A stretch of DNA of 46,788 nucleotides, taken from the IMG/VR virus record IMGVR_UViG_3300040801_003297; one strand, 5' to 3'. A program made the position numbers and the translations under genes. A model generated the notes under the pieces. It saw nothing but the letters and a program-made list of their open reading frames with translations, had not been told where the DNA came from and did not search any database. Every line of letters begins with the position of its first letter. The stretch's first letter is position 1. Below, piece by piece: positions 1 through 8,826 of this stretch. Source of the DNA: a virus.

Positions 1-117
1 TCACGCGTAAACTTCATCTTACGAAACGCGTTGATGAAACGCTTCTGCTTCACCTCCATGAGCCGCTCGAGGTTGATGGGATACTTCATCTCAACGTTCT
101 CGATGTTCTCGTACTCA
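1..117. repeat. Terminal direct repeat (copy 1), identical to 46672..46788; marks circular closure or assembly overlap
   Basis: Base-by-base comparison: tcacgcgtaaacttcatcttacgaaacgcg...cgatgttctcgtactca is present at both window ends. Confidence 0.95.
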
Positions 118-755
118 TAGTCCTTCATGAACGACTCGGCGCAGATCCGGACGTAGTCAAGGCGGTCCTTGTCGACCCGCGCTCGATAGCCGAGGTACTT
201 GTAGACGTCGTTGATGCCGTCCATACCCTGGGACTCGGCAGCATACTGGAACATCAGGCCCATCGAGTGTTCGTATCCCTGCTGGCGCTCTATGAGCTCA
301 GGGACGTTGTCCTCGTTGATGCGGTAGAGGCTCATGACTTCTTCGTTGGTGCCGAAGCCGTCGATGACGAGTGTGTGCCATCGGGTATCGACCGCCATGA
401 ACTCCTCGGTGAATGCCAGTGCGCTCCACGCGTGCATGTCGTGATGGGTCAGGCCGTTGGCTTCGGCATAGACCGCGTTAGGGCACAGCTGGCGGAACAG
501 GCCGTAGTTCCAATACTTGCTCTCGTGATTCATGTCAAAGCCGTTGAACCACGAACTGACGAAGAAGGTCTTGACTTGGCTCAGATCGATGTGCTTACCA
601 ATCTCGATGATTGCCTTATGGGGGAATGACGAATCGCTCTTGATGCGAGTCAGTCGCTCCTCCTCATATCCGATGGGCTCACCCGATCTGGTCTCCACTG
701 CGATGGCGCTCGCGTTGTGGCCCAGGGTTAGCAGCATTGCGTATTCTTTTTTCAT
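1..755 (-). CDS. Carbamoyltransferase (NodU/CmcH/TobZ family), N-terminal part; same gene as 45798..46788, joined across the circular junction (about 542 aa in total)
   Basis: Own translation from ATG at 755 (RBS AGAGGA upstream): MKKEYAMLLTLGHNASAIAVETRSGEPIGYEEERLTRIKSDSSFPHKAIIEI... It is open to base 1 and in frame with ORF 45798..46760 (755-89=666 nt). LGHNxSA and EERxTRxKxDxxFP match the Kae1/ASKHA-like N-domain motifs of this family. Confidence 0.85.
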   Translation of the reverse strand, partial: MKKEYAMLLTLGHNASAIAVETRSGEPIGYEEERLTRIKSDSSFPHKAIIEIGKHIDLSQVKTFFVSSWFNGFDMNHESKYWNYGLFRQLCPNAVYAEANGLTHHDMHAWSALAFTEEFMAVDTRWHTLVIDGFGTNEEVMSLYRINEDNVPELIERQQGYEHSMGLMFQYAAESQGMDGINDVYKYLGYRARVDKDRLDYVRICAESFMKDYEYENIENVEMKYPINLERLMEVKQKRFINAFRKMKFTR

Positions 756-784
756 GGCGCGTCCTCTTAGTTGTCGCGTAGTCA

Positions 785-3154
785 TCATACACCGGTCACG
801 TAGTAAACGCGACTCTTGTGAATTCGTTCAATAAGTTTTTGCTCAACGGCTGCTCTGATCGCATTCTGGATTTGCCGTTCAGTGTAGTCTAGGAACTCGT
901 CGTGCAGTTCAGAGTAGGGAATCTCCCTCGGGAACTCGTTGTTGACGTACTCTTGGATCTGCTGCATTATTTCATCGGTGTTACCTCGCTTCGTGTCTGA
1001 CCGTATCGTCTCTCGCATCTCTTCATGGAACGCCTCGACCTCCATCGAGTCCGGGGCGATCAGCCCGTCGACGAACCAGATGTACCACTGGCCGCCCACG
1101 TTCTCCTGATGCAGTTGCCCGCTGTTGAGCATTGTCTGCATCGCCTCGTCAAAGGTGCGCTCGTGGTTATTGAACTGCTCGCGGAAGTACGTCTTGAAGT
1201 TGCGCGTTGTCCAGTAGGCCTTCTGCATTGAGTTGAGCGTGATGTGCTCGGTGATGCTAGAGGTGAGATGGTCGACGGCGCTCTGTCTGTTGCTGTCCTC
1301 GAGGTGGGTCTCGACGATGCGTTCCCATGCATCGGCATCTCGCCCCTCGTCGCATCGCTCATAGAGGTGAATGTCGCGTTGGCGCAAGGGCGTCGAAAAC
1401 CCGGGGACGTATTCGGGATCGATCTCAACGCCCTCGAAGACGTAGCTGGTTTTGTCGGTGAACATGTTCGACTTGGCTGTGGCTAGGATCGTATGATGCT
1501 CGACGTAGTGCGGCAAGAGGTAGGTGACATGTCGCGCGACGGTGGTGTGTGCGATTGAGCCGGTCACCTTGTCAAGGCCTCGCCCACCGCTCTTGTTGAA
1601 GTGAGTGATGCCCAGCACACATAGATCGTATTTTTCGGCTAGTCGGTTGAGCGGTGCGAGCGCTTGGTTCATGCTGGTCGTGTTGTGCGAGTCACTGTCT
1701 TGGTTGTGGAGGATGAACATCGTGATCGGGTCGAATATGACGAGCTTCGTATGCGGGTACTTGATGCAGACGTCCTCAAGCTGGCGAAGGCCGTCGGTCA
1801 CGCTAAATCCCTTGAGCTCTTGTTTGCCGCCTTTGCGTTCGCGGACCAAGCCCGCTCGGTAGACGTGGAATCTGCTCAGGTCGGCTTTAGCGAGTTTCAG
1901 CTTGGGGAGGATGGATTGCCTGATGCGCTCCTCGACTGAGAAGTAGATGACGTCACCCGGTTCGCGCTTGACGGGATTGTCGTGATCGCCCATGAACGTG
2001 TCGCCTCTGGTAATGGCGGCGGCGAACTGCATGATGAGCGTCGACTTACCTAAGCCCTGTCGGCCAGCCATGACTGCGTATGCGCCCTTGGGCAACACGT
2101 CTTTATAGAACCACTCGTCTGGCTCGATGTCGTCGTAGCTCAGAGGCTCCTCGACCAGATGCCAGTCGAACTTCGTCTTGTCAAAGTTCTTGTCCGGGGG
2201 CGGCAGGTCCTTGAAGTCATCCTCGGGTGAGACGTGGTTGAGTTTATCGAGCACGTTGGAGGTGAGCTGAGGATTGTGCTCTTTGGCCTGCAAAACCAGA
2301 CTGCCGAATCCCCGCATCTCCCCTTGATAGTTTCCGATCGATTCCCATTTCGCGTCGGTGTAGTCTACGTCATAGAGGGCATTCATCATCGACCAGTCGT
2401 GGAAGAGTTGCCGGCCTTCTTCGCTCCCGTGCGTTGAGCGGTGAATCGCGCACCCGATTGCGAACCACTCGTCGTAGTCGGTGTCATCAGTGTTGGGAAT
2501 GGCGGTGAGTAGATGAGCGACGAGGTCGGGATCAATAGTCTCTTCTTCGTCGTGGACGGTTGACTTGTTCGACTTATTGGACGAGTTGCGTGTCAAGAGT
2601 TGCTCGAGCTCAGGCGTCCAGAACGGTATGTCGTCCGGCATGTTAGTGAATTCGTAAGGCCGGCCGGTGGTGGGGTGTATAGAGGCAGGGATGACGACCT
2701 GCTGATTGACAATAATGTCAACGCCTTCGCCGTAGCGCTTCTGAAGCTGGGATCGCGTAACGAGTGCGTCGGCCGGCTTGCGGAAGTAGAGGTGAAATCC
2801 GCCTCGCGATGATGCGACCTTTGGGATGGTATCGAGGGGCGGTAGTAAGTCTTTGAATTTGTCGAACGTGGCGAGGCCGTCTTTCCCATGCATGTCAACA
2901 TCTATAATCAGATGCTCCCCTGTGGGCGCCCATCCTAAATTGTGTCCTTGACGAACTGCGCGATACGCCTGCCTGAATGTCAGCCCATCGCTTTCACGCC
3001 ATCCGGAGTCAGCAGGTGCCTTTGGGTCTCCCTGGGATCCATCTGCCTTGCGAAGTTTGACGAGCCTGTGGTTATGGCTTAAGTGCCAATCGATCGACCT
3101 CTTGAATTCGTGTGTTAGAAGATCAGCGTCTTCGCGCTTGCTCTTTGAGTTCAC
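785..3154 (-). CDS. Bifunctional primase-polymerase (Prim-Pol) fused to a RecA/DnaB-like (RepA/AAA_25-type) helicase domain
   Basis: 789 aa. N-terminus has HLIIDVDMHGKDG, RGGFHLYFRKP and VIPASIHPTTGRPYEF (prim-pol motifs). Mid-protein Walker A is MAGRQGLGKST, with later VIFDPIT and GITHFNKSG. GTG start overlaps the stop of the upstream small ORF. Confidence 0.85.
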   Translation of the reverse strand: MNSKSKREDADLLTHEFKRSIDWHLSHNHRLVKLRKADGSQGDPKAPADSGWRESDGLTFRQAYRAVRQGHNLGWAPTGEHLIIDVDMHGKDGLATFDKFKDLLPPLDTIPKVASSRGGFHLYFRKPADALVTRSQLQKRYGEGVDIIVNQQVVIPASIHPTTGRPYEFTNMPDDIPFWTPELEQLLTRNSSNKSNKSTVHDEEETIDPDLVAHLLTAIPNTDDTDYDEWFAIGCAIHRSTHGSEEGRQLFHDWSMMNALYDVDYTDAKWESIGNYQGEMRGFGSLVLQAKEHNPQLTSNVLDKLNHVSPEDDFKDLPPPDKNFDKTKFDWHLVEEPLSYDDIEPDEWFYKDVLPKGAYAVMAGRQGLGKSTLIMQFAAAITRGDTFMGDHDNPVKREPGDVIYFSVEERIRQSILPKLKLAKADLSRFHVYRAGLVRERKGGKQELKGFSVTDGLRQLEDVCIKYPHTKLVIFDPITMFILHNQDSDSHNTTSMNQALAPLNRLAEKYDLCVLGITHFNKSGGRGLDKVTGSIAHTTVARHVTYLLPHYVEHHTILATAKSNMFTDKTSYVFEGVEIDPEYVPGFSTPLRQRDIHLYERCDEGRDADAWERIVETHLEDSNRQSAVDHLTSSITEHITLNSMQKAYWTTRNFKTYFREQFNNHERTFDEAMQTMLNSGQLHQENVGGQWYIWFVDGLIAPDSMEVEAFHEEMRETIRSDTKRGNTDEIMQQIQEYVNNEFPREIPYSELHDEFLDYTERQIQNAIRAAVEQKLIERIHKSRVYYVTGV

Positions 3155-3336
3155 ATGTGCCCCTTGCCTCTGCGGTCCGTCCTATTGTGTCGTCGCCCGC
3201 TGCCGGGCCTCTTCCTGCGGCGTCTCTGTTTCTTGCGACGCTCGAACTTATGTTCAATGAGCCAATGCATGCAATAACAGACGGCGAGCGTAGTAATCGC
3301 TATCAACGCGAAGGCAATCAATTCATAGTAATTCAC
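3151..3336 (-). CDS. Small membrane peptide with an Arg-rich tail (hypothetical), translationally coupled to the primase gene
   Basis: GTG at 3336 preceded by AAGGACG. Product: VNYYELIAFALIAITTLAVCYCMHWLIEHKFERRKKQRRRRKRPG... Its stop TGA overlaps the primase GTG (GTGA). The longer ORF-track version starts with TTG at 3447, inside the predicted promoter. Confidence 0.3.
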   Translation of the reverse strand: MNYYELIAFALIAITTLAVCYCMHWLIEHKFERRKKQRRRRKRPGSGRRHNRTDRRGKGHM

Positions 3337-3418
3337 AGCAGCGATCGTCCTTGCTTGGTTGTGAAAATACCGCAGGGGGTCTGGACTATATACGTCCCCG
3401 TCGCACCTGTAAATCAGT

Positions 3419-3447
3419 CTTCTACAGCGCCTGCGCCTCAAGTGCAA
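3419..3447 (-). promoter_or_regulatory. Candidate sigma70-type promoter of the leftward replisome operon (TTGCAC-17 nt-TAGAAG)
   Basis: Minus strand reads TTGCAC (3447..3442), a 17-nt spacer, then TAGAAG (3424..3419). The -35 hexamer lies inside iteron copy 3442..3463. Confidence 0.4.
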
Positions 3448-3889
3448 AGTAGCTTACTTGCACCCTTTTTGAGCACTTCGTCATTCACGAGTTTCTAGCC
3501 AAAAATAGGCCTCAAAAGCGCTAAAAACTCATGAACGAACGGTGAATCTACCCCCTTAGGGATTGATATTGGACAGGTGGTGCAAGTAAGCTACTTTTCT
3601 AGAGTTTTGAAAGTGCGTTGAGAGAGGCGTTGAGATGATAAAAACTCATGAAAATAGGCCAACGCGTCCCAATAAAAAAAGTGAACAATATCAACAACAT
3701 AACATAATTAGATATAGGGTGCAAGTAAGCTACTTCTCTCTCTACAAGACATCGTTGCATTGGTTAGAAACTCTAGAAAAGTAGCTTACTTGCACCACCT
3801 GATCGATATCTCCCCCTAAGGGCTATTTGGGCCTGTTTGGGGTCGAAAGCGTCATTTGGGCGACGAAAGGCAAAGTAGCTTACTTGCAC
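3442..3889. repeat. Array of five 17-bp iteron-like repeats GTGCAAGTAAGCTACTT (both orientations)
   Basis: Forward copies at 3580..3596 and 3719..3735. Reverse copies (AAGTAGCTTACTTGCAC) at 3447..3463, 3779..3795 and 3873..3889. All lie in the 800-bp non-coding divergent region. Confidence 0.85.
3574..3801. repeat. 31-bp perfect inverted repeat (3574..3604 / 3771..3801) flanking a 166-bp AT-rich core
   Basis: caggtggtgcaagtaagctacttttctagag versus its exact reverse complement ctctagaaaagtagcttacttgcaccacctg. An imperfect extension (ccttaggg) lengthens each arm to about 50 bp. The core 3640..3716 is A/T-rich. Confidence 0.9.
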
Positions 3890-3953
3890 TTCAAAAGGGC
3901 GCGGGGGAGCTACTATGATAAGATGCACTTTTGAAGCATGACGGGCATGCGAA

Positions 3954-4451
3954 ATGGCCATAATCAAGGCACGACCAAAAGTGCGCACTGCAGCAGGCAA
4001 AGCGACTGCTGCACCTCGTAAGAAGGGACCGCGTAAGAAGGGAAAGCAGATGCAGTTCCCTGAGTTCCAAGTGCAGGTCGAGTTCGTCTCGCTCATGCGT
4101 ATGTATTATCCCGACCTCTTGATGTTCGCAGTGCCTAACGGTGGGAAGCGCAGCATCCAAGATGCGAGACGATTCAAAGCCATGGGCGTGCTCGCGGGTG
4201 TGTCAGACATCTGTGTGCTCGAGCCCAATGGCGTGTACGCAGGTCTGTGGATCGAGTTCAAAGCCCCGGGCAAGGTCAAGCAGTTGAGCGCAGACCAGAA
4301 GGAGTTCGGTCAGAAGGTACTCGATCGAGGGTTTGAGTTCATCACGTTCGACAACGCCGTGCTCGCACTGATCTATGTGGAGGGCTACATAGGGGTCGAG
4401 CAGAGCAAGCGAGTAGGCGGTAAGGTTACGACTCAGCCGACGTCAGCGTGA
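3954..4451 (+). CDS. VRR-NUC domain nuclease
   Basis: 165 aa with FAVPNGGKRS...GVLAGVSDICVLEPNG...GLWIEFKAPGK..LSADQKEF, the VRR-NUC PD-(D/E)XK pattern. The Lys-rich N-terminal 32 aa may or may not be translated (alternative ATG at MQFPEF). Confidence 0.8.
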   Translation: MAIIKARPKVRTAAGKATAAPRKKGPRKKGKQMQFPEFQVQVEFVSLMRMYYPDLLMFAVPNGGKRSIQDARRFKAMGVLAGVSDICVLEPNGVYAGLWIEFKAPGKVKQLSADQKEFGQKVLDRGFEFITFDNAVLALIYVEGYIGVEQSKRVGGKVTTQPTSA

Positions 4452-4538
4452 TGTATACACGGCTGCTAGAATGGTATAGTCCGCGCCTACGTATATCGGC
4501 TATCCCGCCCTCACTCAACCTGTAGAGGTCCCCGCCCT

Positions 4539-4940
4539 ATGACTGACGAGCATCCGTCTCAGCCAGAGTTTCCGCAATTTCCACATCCTGAGCGCAGATC
4601 ATTAGATCCACGCATCGACACTATCGCGGCTCAGGTCGGGCTGACTGATCATAGGGTCGCTAACATGGAGCACACGATGACGCTGATGCAGACGTCATTA
4701 GCTGATCTGTCTAAGGCGATGATCAATATCGCCAGAGTCGAAGAGCGGTTGGCTGCTAGCCACGACCAGCTCACTCGTATGGACCAACGCCTCGCAACGG
4801 TAGAGGCCGCATCCGTCGTATCTAGGGGCAGCGCTGAAGGCGTGGCCGAACGGAGCCGATGGCTAGAGCGTGCGTTCTGGGTCGTGATGGTGGCTGCTAC
4901 CTCGTATCTCATCGGCGAACTCGGAGCGCACGCTGCATGA
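4539..4940 (+). CDS. Hypothetical coiled-coil protein with a C-terminal transmembrane segment (possible holin or lysis accessory)
   Basis: 133 aa, RBS AGAGG. C-terminus is RAFWVVMVAATSYLIGELG. ATGA overlap with the downstream transglycosylase-like gene. Confidence 0.5.
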   Translation: MTDEHPSQPEFPQFPHPERRSLDPRIDTIAAQVGLTDHRVANMEHTMTLMQTSLADLSKAMINIARVEERLAASHDQLTRMDQRLATVEAASVVSRGSAEGVAERSRWLERAFWVVMVAATSYLIGELGAHAA

Positions 4941-5410
4941 GTCTAGCCGACATCAGCACCGTAGGCATCAGCCCTGCTCTTGCTCTACTGCCTGAGCGTA
5001 TGGACAGTGTGTCTGCTCGGCGTATGCTGTTGGCTATCGGACTACAGGAGTCTGAGTTCGTGCACCGCAGACAGATGAGCGGTCCTGCTCGGGGCTACTG
5101 GCAGTTCGAACTCTCAGGAGTTGAGGGCGTCTTATCCCATCACTCTAGCGCTGAGTATGCTATCGGCTTCTGTCGTGTACTCAACTACGAACCCGATGTG
5201 CACGAGATCTACGGTGCACTCGAAGACAACGACGTATTGGCTGCTGGCTTTGCACGTCTGTTGCTATGGAGATTACCCGATCCTCTGCCGACCAACGCGA
5301 CTGACGGATGGAACCAATACATCGAGACGTGGCGCCCAGGTAAACCTCGAAGAAGCAAGTGGCAAAACAACTGGGCCACTGCGATTCGCGAAATACAAAC
5401 ACGCGAATGA
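4937..5410 (+). CDS. SLT/lysozyme-like protein (probable endolysin or lytic transglycosylase)
   Basis: Start at ATG 4937 (ATGA overlap). AIGLQESEF...GPARGYWQFE resembles SLT motif I (catalytic E-S) plus the GAxGLMQ-like motif. Confidence 0.55.
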   Translation: MSLADISTVGISPALALLPERMDSVSARRMLLAIGLQESEFVHRRQMSGPARGYWQFELSGVEGVLSHHSSAEYAIGFCRVLNYEPDVHEIYGALEDNDVLAAGFARLLLWRLPDPLPTNATDGWNQYIETWRPGKPRRSKWQNNWATAIREIQTRE

Positions 5411-5579
5411 GGTTCGGGTCATGAGAAAGTCAAAACTTTTTTCTCGAAAACTCGGTTCCTTTCTGGGCATTCGAACATGCCACGGGGACGAGGAATCGTG
5501 GCCGTTAAGAGATTTTTCGCTGAATTCAGCGGTGTTGAACTACAATTTTCAGGATTCGAAATGACGTGAGAGGAAAATC

Positions 5580-6113
5580 ATGACCGCAGCAGCATCGACG
5601 AACGCACCTGCGATCCCATCGATACGCCGAATGAACAAGCAGCAGGTGTCTGCGTTCTTCGATATTTCGATGACGGGTCTCAATAATTGGATCAGACGAG
5701 GATGCCCGGCCGTGCACCGAGGCTCGGGGCGTGCAGATCCTTGGATATTCGACGCGCTTGAAGTCGCCGAATGGAGATTTGCTGGTCAGTCACGCGCTGC
5801 GAACAACGATTCTCCTGAAGATTACCCGCCCAATGAGCGCAAGGCGTGGTACGAGTCGGAACTGAAGCGCCAGCAACTCGACGCGTCGATGCGCAAACTC
5901 ATTCCCATTGAAGAAGTCGAGCAGGTTATCGCGACGAGCTTCTCCGCTATCGCCCAGGGATTGCAAAGTCTGCCCGACACCGTTGAGCGTCGGACCGGTT
6001 GCGATCCCGATCTGGTTTTAGAAATCCAAAAAATCGTCGAGAGCGAGATGGACGCGTTGGCGGATAAGCTTGCGATCATCGGCCCGACAGACGAGGGCGA
6101 CGCTGATGAGTGA
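5580..6113 (+). CDS. terS: Terminase small subunit, Nu1-like (N-terminal HTH)
   Basis: 177 aa, RBS GAGAGGA. MNKQQVSAFFDISMTGLNNWIRRGCP...WIFDALEVAEW matches the Nu1-type winged HTH. Lies directly upstream of, and overlaps, the large terminase gene. Confidence 0.75.
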   Translation: MTAAASTNAPAIPSIRRMNKQQVSAFFDISMTGLNNWIRRGCPAVHRGSGRADPWIFDALEVAEWRFAGQSRAANNDSPEDYPPNERKAWYESELKRQQLDASMRKLIPIEEVEQVIATSFSAIAQGLQSLPDTVERRTGCDPDLVLEIQKIVESEMDALADKLAIIGPTDEGDADE

Positions 6114-8175
6114 AGCTAACGCTCGAGGCTCGGCGTGGCCGGTAGTACGAGATGCCGCTCACGCATTCCGCCCACCGCGTCGAATCCCGGTGTCGAAGTC
6201 CGCATCGCAGAGTCTGAAGATCGTGCAGCCCGGTGGCTATACGGGATTCTGGTCTGCAACCGAGACGCCTTACATCGTCGAGCCTATGGATCTGCTGGCG
6301 TCTCGCAACCACGAAGCTGTCGTGTTCGCCGGACCCGCTCGATCGGGCAAGACGATGGGACTGGTCGACGGCTTTATGACGCACACGGTCGTCTGCGACC
6401 CGGGTGACTTCCTGATTGTGCAGATGACGCAGGACAAGGCGCGTGACTTCAGTAAGACGCGAGTCGATCGGGCGATACGCCATTCGCCCGCACTCAAAGA
6501 GCTGATGTCGTACGCGCACAATGACAACACGCATGACAAGTTGTTTCGTCACGGCATGTGGCTTAAGATCGGCTGGCCGACCGCTTCGCAGTTAGCGAGT
6601 TCGGATTACCGCTACGTCGTGCTGACGGACTACGACCGTATGCCGGACAACATCGAGGGCGAAGGCAGTCCGTTCCAGCTCGCGTTGAAGCGGACCACGA
6701 CGTTCTTGTCTCGCGGCATGTGCATGGCGGAGTCTTCCCCGGGACGCGAGGTACTCGATCCCGATTGGGAACGCGATCCCAAGACGCCTCACGCCGCGCC
6801 GCCGACTAAAGGCATTCTCGATCTTTACAATCAAGGTGACCGTCGACGCCTGTATTGGAAATGCCCGCAAGAGGCGTGCGGCGAGTGGTTCCAACCGATC
6901 CTTGAAAACTTCAGCATCGAGATGGCTGCGGTGTTTTGTCCGCATTGCGGCACGACGCTTGACCAGAGTGACAAGACGCCTTTGAACCTCAACGCGCGAT
7001 GGATACCTGAGGGCCTTCACCTCGATGCGAATGACGAGTATAGCGGTGAGGCACGCAAGTCGAAGATCGCAAGCTTCTGGATGGAAGGGCCCGCTGCCGC
7101 TTACCAGAATTGGGAGAGTCTGGCGACTCGCCTGAAGCGGGCCGAAGAAGTATTCCAGACAAGTCAGAACCAAGAGGCGCTCATCTCTGCGTTCAACATC
7201 GACTGGGGTCGGCCTTACATCAATCGCGTGTCGACGAATCGGCGGTCGAGTTCGGCGCTGATGAATCGAGCGGAGACGACGCCTCGCCGAGTGGTACCCA
7301 AAGGCGTGCGCTTTCTCATCGCGACTGTCGATGTGCAGGGCGGTCAAGACCGACGCTTCGTGGTGCAGGTCCATGGATTTGGCAAGGACAAAGAGACGTG
7401 GCTCATCGATCGCTTCAACATCGCCGAAGATAACGGCCGACAGATCGAGCCCGCCAGCCGGCCGGAGGATTGGGATCTGATTACGAAGGACGTGCTGCAT
7501 CGATCCTACAAGCTCGCGTACGATGAGAACCGACGCATGCAGATCTTATGCGTGGGCGTCGACACGGGTGGCGAGGCGAAAGAGGAGACGAGTGTGAGCT
7601 CGCAGGCGTATGACTGGTACCGGCGTCTGAGTCGAGACGGTCTGTCAAAGCGGGCCGTACTTCTCAAAGGCGGAAGCACGAACGTCCAATCGCGAGTGCG
7701 TAAGTCGTATCCGGACAACACGGGTAGGAAGAACAGAACGCAGACTGCTCGAGGCGATGTGCCGATCTACATTCTCGCTACTGACATGTTGAAGGACACC
7801 GTCGCTGCAATGCTCGATCGCGAGGAGCCGGGTGCCGGCTACCTCCACGTGCCTTCGTGGGTGCAGCGGTGGTGGTACGAAGAGCTCACATACGAGCAGA
7901 AGGATTCTGTCTCTGGGAAGTGGAAGAAGCCCGGGAAAAAGCCGAACGAGGCTTTCGACTTGATGGCGTACTCGCTCGCGGTGCACATCATCGTTGGAGC
8001 TGAGAAGATCAATTGGGAGAACCCGCCAGTCTACGCCAAGGATCCTGAGCTCGACGACAACGCGCTCGTCTGCACGCAAGATGAGCACGAGCGAGCCAAG
8101 GAATTACGAGAACAAGGCGCAAGCAGCAAAGCCGCTCCCCGGCGCAGAAAGCGAGTCGTCCAAAGCCGTCTCTGA
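6106..8175 (+). CDS. terL: Terminase large subunit, lambda GpA family
   Basis: Walker A VVFAGPARSGKT, a Cys4 zinc-ribbon-like CPQEACG...CPHCG, and a C-terminal nuclease region VDVQG...VGVDTGG. ATG at 6106 overlaps the terS stop by 8 nt (the ORF track's 6070 start is less likely). Confidence 0.9.
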   Translation: MSEANARGSAWPVVRDAAHAFRPPRRIPVSKSASQSLKIVQPGGYTGFWSATETPYIVEPMDLLASRNHEAVVFAGPARSGKTMGLVDGFMTHTVVCDPGDFLIVQMTQDKARDFSKTRVDRAIRHSPALKELMSYAHNDNTHDKLFRHGMWLKIGWPTASQLASSDYRYVVLTDYDRMPDNIEGEGSPFQLALKRTTTFLSRGMCMAESSPGREVLDPDWERDPKTPHAAPPTKGILDLYNQGDRRRLYWKCPQEACGEWFQPILENFSIEMAAVFCPHCGTTLDQSDKTPLNLNARWIPEGLHLDANDEYSGEARKSKIASFWMEGPAAAYQNWESLATRLKRAEEVFQTSQNQEALISAFNIDWGRPYINRVSTNRRSSSALMNRAETTPRRVVPKGVRFLIATVDVQGGQDRRFVVQVHGFGKDKETWLIDRFNIAEDNGRQIEPASRPEDWDLITKDVLHRSYKLAYDENRRMQILCVGVDTGGEAKEETSVSSQAYDWYRRLSRDGLSKRAVLLKGGSTNVQSRVRKSYPDNTGRKNRTQTARGDVPIYILATDMLKDTVAAMLDREEPGAGYLHVPSWVQRWWYEELTYEQKDSVSGKWKKPGKKPNEAFDLMAYSLAVHIIVGAEKINWENPPVYAKDPELDDNALVCTQDEHERAKELREQGASSKAAPRRRKRVVQSRL

Positions 8176-8277
8176 AGTAGGTGTATTTTTTAGTTGTTGT
8201 GCTATATGATCCAGTTGTGGTATGCGCACGTGCGTGGCCCAACAGCTTTTCTTATAACCGGTTGAGAGGATCGAACG

Positions 8278-8820
8278 ATGGCTGAAGATGTAGTAACACC
8301 GTATGAGATCAAACAAATGGAGAACAGCGACCTCGCTGGTCTTGTCGAGAAGATTGACGAGTCGATCTTTGAACTTCTGCTTGCGCAATCGAGCGGACTG
8401 ACCGCTTGGCGTGAGGCTGATCGTACTCGGGTGACTGCGTATCTCGATCGAGTCGAGCGGTACTTCAACTGGGTTATCTCTGAGCCTGAGACCGATTCAC
8501 CTCAGACGCATCCGATGATGTACCCGATCGAGTACCTGTCGAACGCTGAGACGACTCCTGATGGCAAGCCGCTCATTCAGACTCCTGAGAACAAGGGTCT
8601 GCGCGATTGCATTCGCCTGATGCGAGTGTGGATGGCTGAGATGTCCAAGTCAGCATCGCGTCGTGCGCCTAACGGGATCATCGGCCCGGATCAAGCTCGC
8701 TTCAAGGCTCATCTCACGAAGATCCGTAGCTTCTTGACCGGATACATCGATGAGACTCTGCCGGTAGATCTGCCGGAGTCGAACCCTTCGAGCCCAATGT
8801 CGGGCCAGGGCTTCAGCTAA
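8278..8820 (+). CDS. Hypothetical protein (accessory insert between terL and gpW)
   Basis: 180-aa ORF with RBS GAGAGGA and ATG; no recognisable motif. Confidence 0.6.
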   Translation: MAEDVVTPYEIKQMENSDLAGLVEKIDESIFELLLAQSSGLTAWREADRTRVTAYLDRVERYFNWVISEPETDSPQTHPMMYPIEYLSNAETTPDGKPLIQTPENKGLRDCIRLMRVWMAEMSKSASRRAPNGIIGPDQARFKAHLTKIRSFLTGYIDETLPVDLPESNPSSPMSGQGFS

Positions 8821-8826
8821 ACGACG

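Noticed and set aside
1-117. The terminal 117-bp repeat as a physical direct terminal repeat (T7-like DTR)
   Set aside because: It falls inside a coding sequence that reads through the junction, and the terminase is of the cos type (Nu1/GpA). An assembly overlap of a circular contig is the simpler explanation.
3151-3447. Full-length 98-aa version of the ORF upstream of the primase
   Set aside because: Its start is a TTG located inside the predicted promoter -35/iteron. Only the distal part, from GTG 3336 with an RBS, is plausibly translated, and even that has low confidence.
3574-3801. The 31-bp inverted repeats as an invertible promoter switch or a MITE-like mobile element
   Set aside because: No invertase, recombinase or transposase is present anywhere in the genome, and no target-site duplication flanks the arms. 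The arms contain the same 17-mer found three more times outside the element, which favours protein-binding iterons.
6592-7500. 302-aa minus-strand ORF inside the large terminase gene
   Set aside because: It is antisense to a well-supported GpA-family terminase, has an Arg/His-rich low-complexity translation and no RBS. This is a typical shadow ORF of GC-rich DNA.
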